From the human T2T-CHM13v2.0 reference genome, Homo sapiens: DNA of 64,000 nt. Position numbers and translations under genes: made by a program. The stretch lies in assembly GCF_009914755.1 (NCBI RefSeq), contig NC_060928.1; one strand, 5' to 3'. The notes beneath the pieces are model-generated. The model was not told the origin of the DNA and did not search any database. It saw only the letters and a program-made list of their open reading frames with translations. Shown here one piece after another: positions 54,571-64,000 of the stretch; within the stretch, counting starts at the first letter, position 1; every line of letters starts with the position of its first letter.

Positions 54571-55817
54571 ATGTATATGTTAAAGCGTTTATCTGTATGA
54601 GTGGTCAGTGTAGAAAGGGCTTCATGGAGCCTGATTTTGATGGCTTGCAAATTATTATATTTGTGTATGTGTAATCGGAAGGCCTTCGCCGTGATTATTT
54701 CTTCAAAGGAACCCTTTGTCCCTCCAGGGTGATTGTACCCATGTTCATAGGACCAAACATTGCTGGTTCACATAATGACTCTTTTTCTTTTAAAACATAA
54801 AGGACATATTTTTATGGATTTTTGAGGATTAATAGAATAAAAATCTAAAGTCATATTCAGATTCAAGAGAACTGGATCAGTTTCTCTGTATTTGAACAAA
54901 AGAATACTAATCTCTAATTCATAATGCATGAGGTCTACTTCTTCCTCAGTCTGAAAATATGAATATTCCAAAATGGTACTCAAGGCAGAGGCTATATATC
55001 AAAATTAAAATTCTGTGATACTATGTTTTTAGGGAAGAAGAAAACTGTAGCATTAGAAATGTAGACGCAAAAGGTCAGAACAAAGTCCAGTATGTCAAGT
55101 CCCTTTATAATGCCATCTGAATGAAAGACCTCACACCATGAACAGAGGTATTGAAGCAGTTTTTATGTGGAAATGGTAGGCAGCAATATCTCAGGAGTGA
55201 CTTTAATTATAACATTTAAGGTTTTATCTAACTTATTATAATCCTTAGAGAACTTCTCTAGCTCTACAAGTTATTCTTGGCAGAATTTGTCCTAACATAG
55301 TATTAATAAAAATAAATTTTACTTGAGTATGATATAAATTACTCTTAATTACAATATAATTTTAAAATGCCCAAAACATCTTTTGATCTTATGAATTTCA
55401 GTCAGCTATGATTAAGAAGACAACCATAGGCAAAAATTTCTTTCTTATGGAACACGTTGGAATGCATTCTAATCACTTCTCTAAGAAAATCCCTGTCCCC
55501 CATGATTATAGTGAATATGATACAGCAATAATTTAGATGCTTCTTTCAGGGGGGTGAGGTTATGTATTCTACAGTCTATTGATTCTAAGAGGCACTTTTT
55601 TCTCCCCCAATTTAACAGTTTTGTTTAATTATATACATTTCAGGATTTTTTGGGGATATTTTTCTATCACTGGTTTCTGATTTAATTCCACTGTATTTAG
55701 ATAACATATTCCGCATGCTTTCAATTCTTTGAAATTTATTGAGACTTACTTTATGGCTCGGGACGTGGTCTATCTTCGTGAATATTCCGTGTGTATTTAA
55801 AAATAATGTGGACTCTG

Positions 55818-56139
<322 letters not shown>

Positions 56140-56221
56140 CTAAAATCATTCAGTGGGGTGTTGTAGACACACTAGGTTCTTTTGATTGACAGTTTTGTTC
56201 CTAAGCCTTCTATATCTTTCC

Positions 56222-56558
56222 TACCATGGTTTGAATGTGTCCCCACCAAATTCAGGTGTTGAAACAGGATGACCAATGTGATGGTAGGAAAAGGTAGAGC
56301 CTGTAAGAAGTGATGGGATTAGGTGCCCTTTTAAAAGGGCTTGCTGGAGGAAATTTGTCTCCTCTTGCCTTTCCGCCCTCTGCCAGTTGCGGACACAGCA
56401 TTCCTCCCCTCTAGAGGATGCATCCCTCACCAGATACCAAATGCTGGTGCCTTGATCTTGGGCTTCCCGTTGCCAGAACTGTGAGAAATAAACCTGGGCT
56501 CTTTATAAATTACCCAGTCTCAGCTATTCTGTTATAGCAGCATTGACAGACTAAGACA
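56222..56558 (+). mobile_element. MST(C/D)-like solo LTR
   Basis: CATGGTTTGAATGTGTCCCC...GACTAAGACA with perfect TSD TTTCC. Confidence 0.88.
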
Positions 56559-56991
56559 TTTCCTGACACTCTGTTGATTTGCTTTGATCAATTACCGAGA
56601 GAGGAATGTTAAAAATCTTAACTGTAATTGTGGATTTGTCATTTTTTCCATTAGTTCTGCCACGTTTTTGCTTCATGTATTTTGAAGCTTTGTTAATAGG
56701 TGCGTACACAATAAGATCATTGTTTTTCTTTGATGAGTTGGCCCTTTGATTCTTATATGCAATGTTCCTCTTTGTCCCTGGTAATGTTTATTCTCTTGAA
56801 GTCTACTTTATCTGATATTTTAGAATGTAGCCTGCTTTTCTTATATTTAGCATTTGCATGATATAACTAGCCCAGTGTACCATCTTCATACATTTAAACT
56901 GTGTCTTTAATATTAAAGTACAATTCTTATGAAAAGCGTATACTTTAATCTTGTTTTTTAAAAATCCAGTCTGATCATCTCTGTCTTCTAG

Positions 56992-57335
<344 letters not shown>

Positions 57336-60300
57336 CCATGTAATATTATTACTGGTATGTTGGGTTTAAGTCTCTCATCTTGGTAATTAATTATCTATTT
57401 GTGCTATCTCTTCTTTATTCTTTTTTTTCTCCTTTCCTGCCATCCTTTGAATAAATCAAGTTTAGTGTTTTAAATTCCATTTTATCTCCTTCATTGGTTA
57501 CTTTCTAAAGTGGTTACTTTACCACTTTAGAAAAGTATTTGTTTATTACAATATGCATCTTTGAGTCTCTAATTAATGTGAGAACTTGACAATGTTATAC
57601 TTCTGTTTGTCCTTCTGTGCTGTTATTGTTATACATTTTACTTCTTTATATGTTATAAACTCCAAAATATATTGTCTTGTTTTGCTGTGAACAGTCAATC
57701 GTCTGTTTAGGAAATTAAGAAAGAAGAAATAAAAGTCTTCTGCTTACTCACATATTTATCATTATTGATGCTTTTTATTCTTTCATACAGGTCCAAGTGT
57801 CTATCATTTCCCTTCAGCATGAAGAACTTCTTTTTAGCATGTCTTTTAGCAGGTCTGCTGGTGATGAATACTCTTAGCTCTTGTTTACTTGAAAATGTCA
57901 ATTTCACCTTTATTTTTAAAAGATTTATTTGCTGAATATTCTGGACCAATCTTTTTTTTTCTTTTATCACTGTAAAGGTGCCTTTACATTGCCTTCTAGC
58001 TTGTACTGTATCTAATGATCATCAGAAACATCATGCTTATCATGCTTATCAATTGTTCCCCCATATATAATATGTCCTTTCTTGTCCTTTGCTATTTTGG
58101 GATTTTTTTTTTCTCTAGCATTAGTTTTTAACAGTTTGGCTGTAATATGCCTAACCATGGTTTTATTTGTCTTTATCCAGCAGAGAGATCTTTGAGATTC
58201 TTGGATCTGTGGGTTGATTTTTTAAAAATCAAATTTATAAAAATTCTCAACTGTTATTTTTTTGAATATTTTTTCTGTCTTTTTTCTGTTTCTGGGATTC
58301 TATGTTACAAATACGTAAGACTGCTTAATATTGTCCTGTAGGTCACTGAAGCTGTGTTCACTTCTTTCTACCTTTTTTTCTCTGTAATTCAGTTTGGGTA
58401 GTTTTTATTGACCTTTCTTCTAGTTTATTGGTACTTTCTTCTATAATGTTAAATATGCTAAGTCCATCTAGTGAAATTTCATTTCAGTTCTAAAATTTCC
58501 ATTCTTTTTTTTAAAAGAAAGGTATGCATTTCTTTGCTGATATTGCCTATCTGTTCTCTCATTATGTTCATCTTTTCCTTTACATTATTGACCATATGCT
58601 ATTAGCTATTTTTGTCATTTGTGTCATTTTTTTTCTCAGTCTTATTTTCCTATTTCTTTGCAGGCTTCATTATGTTTTATTGTACATTGTGGAGAGTTTG
58701 GGTTTTTTGTCTTCCTTTAAAACGTGTTGAGCTTTGTTGTAACAGGCAGTGAATTTACTGGTGGATCACCTAGTTTTATTAAGATAGGTTTAGAGTAGCC
58801 CTTATTTTAGGATGTTTCTAACTCCCATCGTGTGGTCTTTCTGAAATCACAACTGAATGCTCACAATGTTCAGTGATGTCTTTCCACCCTGGATTATTAC
58901 AAATTCAGTGTCTCTCAGCACTATATGATGTCTGGAATTTCCATTTAGCTCTTAGATGCCCAGAAACTGTTTTCTATTAGGTTTTGCAGGGTCTTGTCCT
59001 ACACTATCACAGCTTGGTATTTGGCCAGTGACCAGAGATGACCCCTATGTAGATTTCTGAGGCTCTTGCTTTTTGTGTAAAGCCTTTCTTTGTGATATTC
59101 TGCCCATTGGTGTTCTCTCTTTGGGCTCTCCCTGTGTCATGATTTGGAAAGTGTCCTCAGTCAAAAAGTGAGGGCGAATTTAGAATTTACCTAAATCACC
59201 TTATAATATATAGCCCTATGAAGTCCAATGTCTTAAATTACATCTTTAGGTATTTTGTATGGTTTCACAGTTGAGTATAGCAAGGAGGGAGGTTCAGATA
59301 ACTGTTAATCTGTGATAACTAAAACCAGAATTTGACATTCTGACAAACTTGAAATTGCAGTGCTTCTTAAAATTAATACAGTATTACTTAAAAAACAAAA
59401 ACAAAAAAACCAGTGTTTTCCAATTTGCCAATACAAAAAAGCAAAACTCCCATCTCTACTTTTTAGGAACTTCTATCCATTTGAGAAGATGATAAATATA
59501 TAGGTAAAGTTAGATTGCAGTAAAACTATGCTGTCTAGTGTTAAATCACCAGTATATATAAGTTTTATAGATATTATGTGACTACAGAGCTATAGGTTAT
59601 AGGAAAAATATAGGATTTCTTGGCAGAAATTGGATTTAACTAGAGCCTTGAAGAGTGGATGCTATTGAGGTAGAAAAGATGGCATTTCAGGATGCAGGGC
59701 ATATTGTGAACAAATGTACAAGATGGAAATGAGCAAGTCATTCTGAATGATTAATCTGTCTATCATAGAGGGTTTTGATTAGGACATAGTAGTAGTTGAT
59801 GCTTATAATATGATTTAATATAATAATGTAATGTGCTGAGTGGTTGAAGTCTTTGGACTTTATCTTATAAGTAATATGGCAATAATGTGAAAGATTCTTG
59901 AAGAGGAAGAAACCCTGCAGTGAGGGAGAACAGTACAGAGCCTATTACTGTCATTCAGAGGTGAAGCAATAAAGGTCTCTCCTAGGATGTTGGAAAGAAG
60001 GGGCAGATCCAAGAAACAACATGAAGAAAATAATCAGCAGAAATTGGTTATTGACTAGATATGTGTGAAAATGATATATTGGCAGAAATTGCAAAGTCAA
60101 AAATGGGGCTCATTGCAGCAGGAATGATGAAATTGCTTTTAGATAGAGAGGTGAAGGGATTTAAAACATTAACTTGTTTTAAAGGTATCACTGCTTAAAG
60201 CTAACAGTGATTTATTAATATTTGCACTCTGAAAGTTTTAACAGTTTTAATTTTATGTATACACCACAGTGTTTTGGCTACTATACTTGCCTCTTTTGTT

Positions 60301-60569
60301 CAGTTGGGAATTGAGTAAACTAATAGAGTAAAAAAATGAGTACAAAGTGGGCTTTGACTAGAACTCTAACAAAGTGTGATCACTGAATTACCAAGATAAT
60401 TAACCCATACCCCACATATACTCCATTTCCCATGACACATATTATATTGCATTGTTTTTGCCTATTTGCCTTCCTACTTCCTAAACTGTTGAATTAGTTT
60501 GCTTTTGTTGCATTAAAAAAAAGGAGAATCACCACAAAGCAAATTAAAAGATACTGATTACTTCTTCCA

Positions 60570-60997
60570 ATTCTGTGGGCTGCCTAGTTCATCTGGCCTG
60601 GCCTGCTTTGGCTAATCTCTGAGGTCTTTTGGCTACTTGACTGGTACTGTTTGTAGCTACTCAGCTGGTGCCCTACTGCTGTTTGTCTGAAGTTGTTTTG
60701 GCTACTCAGCTGGTGCTAGGGAGCCTCAGCTAGGACTGCCTGTCTGTGCTCCACATGGTCTTTGATTTTCCAGTGGCTGGTGCAGGCTTGTTTGCATGGT
60801 AACAATGTTCCAAGAAAGCAAGAATGATCATTGCAAGGCCTCTTATAAGCTGGGTTTAGAACTTGTACTTCTACCTCTTCCTATTGGTCAGAGTATGTCC
60901 GTAGGTCTGCCAAGACTCAAAGCACAGAGAAATAGATGTTTCCTCTTGTTGAGTGGCATATAAAAAAAAGTGTGGCCATTGATTTCAATCTGCCACA
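60570..60997 (-). mobile_element. MLT1H/J-like LTR
   Basis: CTCCACATGGTCT...GCAAGGCCTCTT...CTATTGGTCAGAG...AATCTGCCACA. Confidence 0.7.
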
Positions 60998-61134
60998 ACC
61001 GTAAGCTCTGTGAGTACAGGAACTGCATCACTCTTTTGCACTTTGGTGTTGTTGGCATAGTAGGCATAAATATTTTTAGGTGAATGACTAAATTAATGAA
61101 GGAAGGAAAACATTCAGGTAGTATTTCAATATAC

Positions 61135-61335
61135 TGTAGTTTTAAATTATATATATTATATACATTTGACATAGTTTAATATATAAGTATATACACATAT
61201 AGTTTTCATATATAAGTATATTATATATTATATAAAATATTTATATGTTATATATAAAGTATATATATAAAATATATAGTTTTAATATGTAAGTATATGT
61301 ATATAATTATATATAATATTATAAGTATATATACT
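61135..61335. repeat. AT-rich degenerate (TA)n tract
   Basis: Repeated ATATAAGTATAT and TAGTTTTAATAT units. Confidence 0.85.
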
Positions 61336-61674
61336 TTTATCATACCATCAGTGAGTATAGACATGGTTCAGGGAGAATCTCTTTATTCTCCTTCTATCTT
61401 TTGAGATAGACCAAAGAAAATTTTTTTTTAAAAAAAGAACTATCACTTGAGTTAACATTGTTTGGTATTTTTATCTTCATAGGTGATTGCCTTGTGAATA
61501 ACTCATTTTGTGTATTGTCAGAATCCTATTCTGCTTTTCAGGCTGTGCTATGGGTAGACTAGCTCTAACCAGAACACTTGGGAGACCTGAAGCAAAGATA
61601 CTATATTAAAATAAGTAATGTTATATGCCAAAGAGGAAAACCACTTCTGCCTCCTAAACAACTGAAAGAACCAG

Positions 61675-61850
61675 AGACTGTGGGGTCAGATTAGCTAGCA
61701 TTACTATATGAACCTGAGCAAATGACTTACTCTCTTTCAGCTTCAGTGTCTTATCTAGGACATTGGTTCTCAGGATTGGTGTGAGAATTAAGAGAAATAT
61801 GTGAAGTTCTAGCTACAGTTCTTTACCCATGAGGTAGTCAGTAAAGTTTA
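61675..61850 (+). mobile_element. MIR
   Basis: GAACCTGAGCAAATGACTTA...CTTCAGTGTCTTATCT...AGGATTGGTGTGAGAATTAA. Confidence 0.6.
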
Positions 61851-61900
61851 CTTCTTTCTCCATGTGAACCAAAGCACTGTCATGATGTGATGATGTTCAT

Positions 61901-62094
61901 TAGGGTTTCTCATGCTCAGCGTTATTGATATTTAGGGTTGCATAATGCTTTATTGTGAGGGGCCATTCTGTGCAGTATAGGATGTGTAGCAGCATCTGTA
62001 GCCTCTATACACTAGATGCCAGTAGGACCACCTATCCAGCTGTGACAGGCAAAAATGTCTTCAAACGTTGCCAAATGACCCCTGGGGGCAAAAT
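61901..62094 (+). mobile_element. MER20 (hAT-Charlie)
   Basis: GCAGCATC..TAGCCTCTA..CACTAGATGCCAGTAG...TTGCCAAATG.CCCCTGGGGGCAAAAT. Confidence 0.85.
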
Positions 62095-64000
62095 GCAAAC
62101 AGTTTATCTAGCAGTGACACATAGCCAGCCACCTTAGAAAGGGAATTGTCAGCGTACCCATAAGTGTAGAATGGGAAACAAAATACTTGAGTCTTCTCAG
62201 AATGTCTAAACCTTTTGCTGTCTATATTCCTCTTTTTATAATTTACCACAAACATATATTGCTTATTATGCCATCTAATAAAATGGCTAACATTTGCTGT
62301 GTATTATACTCGGTGTTAATAAGCTTTGTATGAACTCACTAGCTGAATGTTGTATATGTATCTGCCATACCTGTTGGATTGACATTCCACTGTAAACAGG
62401 TACCTTATCTTTACCAGCTCCAAGCACAATGTATTTGGTATATCAGGTAGCTATTCTACATGTTAATTGATCACATTGCACCCAAATGAAACATGGATGT
62501 GGAAGTGGAAGGAGGAGCTTTAAAACATGGAAAATTAGTTTATACAAATCTAAATGTTGTAGTGCACCAAATTGATTCCTTTTTAAAAACTTTCAGAAAT
62601 CAGCTTTTAAAAAAAAAAAGTAACTAAGCCATGATCAACTTTTCTTTCATCACCACTAAGCCAATATCAGAAAGTTGTCAATCAACAGCTCTTTTAAAGT
62701 TGAAATTTTTCTATTGTATTTCTTATGAAGATTTCAGTAGTGCTTAGAAGTTTTTGGCTCATTTATCATGTTTTATTCACTGTATGTCATTAATTGTTAA
62801 AGATGTCAGAGTCAAACCTTAAATTCAGGAGAGATTTAAATTTTTCCTTTTTCCTATTTAAATATATGTTTCTAATTACATAATTCAGTTAGAAAATTAC
62901 AATATAGAAACATATAACTTAGTAAAAGTTTCCAGTTACTGTATACAGATTATATTGTATACTGTATTATTTTTAACAGTTGCATATTTAACTTATAAAT
63001 GTGGATAATTATAATTAAACAATCTGTTATCAAAGGACATACAGATTATTTCCAGTTCCTTGCTGCAGTGAATATCCTTGTACTTATTTTTTTACACACT
63101 TGCTCAGATAATTTTTAAGTACAAATTCCTGAGGTAGAATTGCAGAATCAAAAGATACTCTCATTTGAGTGTTTCACATTTTATGCAAAGTATTTTGTTT
63201 CCTCCAGAAAATTCCTCTGTGGAAGAGGCTTCCTCACATTCTTTATCAGTTTATTAGCCAGCAGAGAAATGATGAAAAGCCACCCCTTTTCTTGTAGTTT
63301 CATCCTCATTGCTATCCAAGATGAGGTATTAAAATCACACCTAAGTGGTGTCTGTTGTGGCTGAATATAATCTTGAAAGTAGAGACACTTCTCTCTGATT
63401 CCCAACTGTACTCTCTGGATGGCACCTAAAATTTTATTTTTTCAAACTGAAAATCATTTTAATGAGTTCGAAAAGGTTTTATTTTTTAAAATGAAATCCT
63501 ATAGAAAGAATACATTTTCTTACAGTGGGTCATGGTCAAAAGTGTGAATATCTCTGATCCTAGAAAGTTTCCCCAGTTACAAGGACAGGCGTGCCCCCAA
63601 CTCCATCCTTAATGGCTCAATTCTGTGGCTTTCAAGTTAATCCACTCAGTCCTACAGCCTTCACCAAGAAGCTCATGTGCTACACTTTGGTGTTAGTGGG
63701 GGCATTGTCACACAGGTTCAGAAAATAACCCATTAGGCATTTTATAGAACTCATCACATGTTCAGAACTAAGCTAGTTGTAACATTATGTTTTTCATGTG
63801 AAAAAACACAAGCAATTCACTGGCTATTTTATTTGTTGCTAGCTAGCTATACTTTCTATTTCTTTTTCCATGGTGTGAAAATCTTCCTAGAAACCTCACT
63901 ACTGGGAAAAGAGATGCAGAGATTAGTCCCATCTTCTCCCCTGGAAATTTACTATCGCCCTTTTGGCTTCAAGGTCCTTCCTCAAAAGCAAAGAATTGAA

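Overview
Human-type genomic DNA. I recognise it as the NFKB1 locus from the exon-1 sequence and the ATTG ins/del promoter site. The first ~42.8 kb is repeat-dense upstream DNA. It contains (a) an L1PB-type LINE split by a rearranged ZNF705-family processed pseudogene and a 36-bp purine-pyrimidine minisatellite, (b) a two-LTR MaLR provirus, and (c) a nested stack: old L1M > full-length L1PB > L1PA6/7 with apparent 5' and 3' transductions > G-to-A hypermutated LTR12C, plus a chimeric MLT2A/THE1 solo LTR. The NFKB1 CpG-island promoter, non-coding exon 1 (with a strong-Kozak 4-codon uORF) and ~20 kb of intron 1 follow. The intron holds a Z-DNA tract, an AT-rich fold-back cluster and a consensus-like AluYa5. 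I found no intact protein-coding exon; long ORFs in the track are L1 remnants, repeat artefacts or GC-rich chance ORFs. Repeat subfamily names come from my recall of consensus sequences, not from a search, and most repeat boundaries without a stated TSD are approximate.
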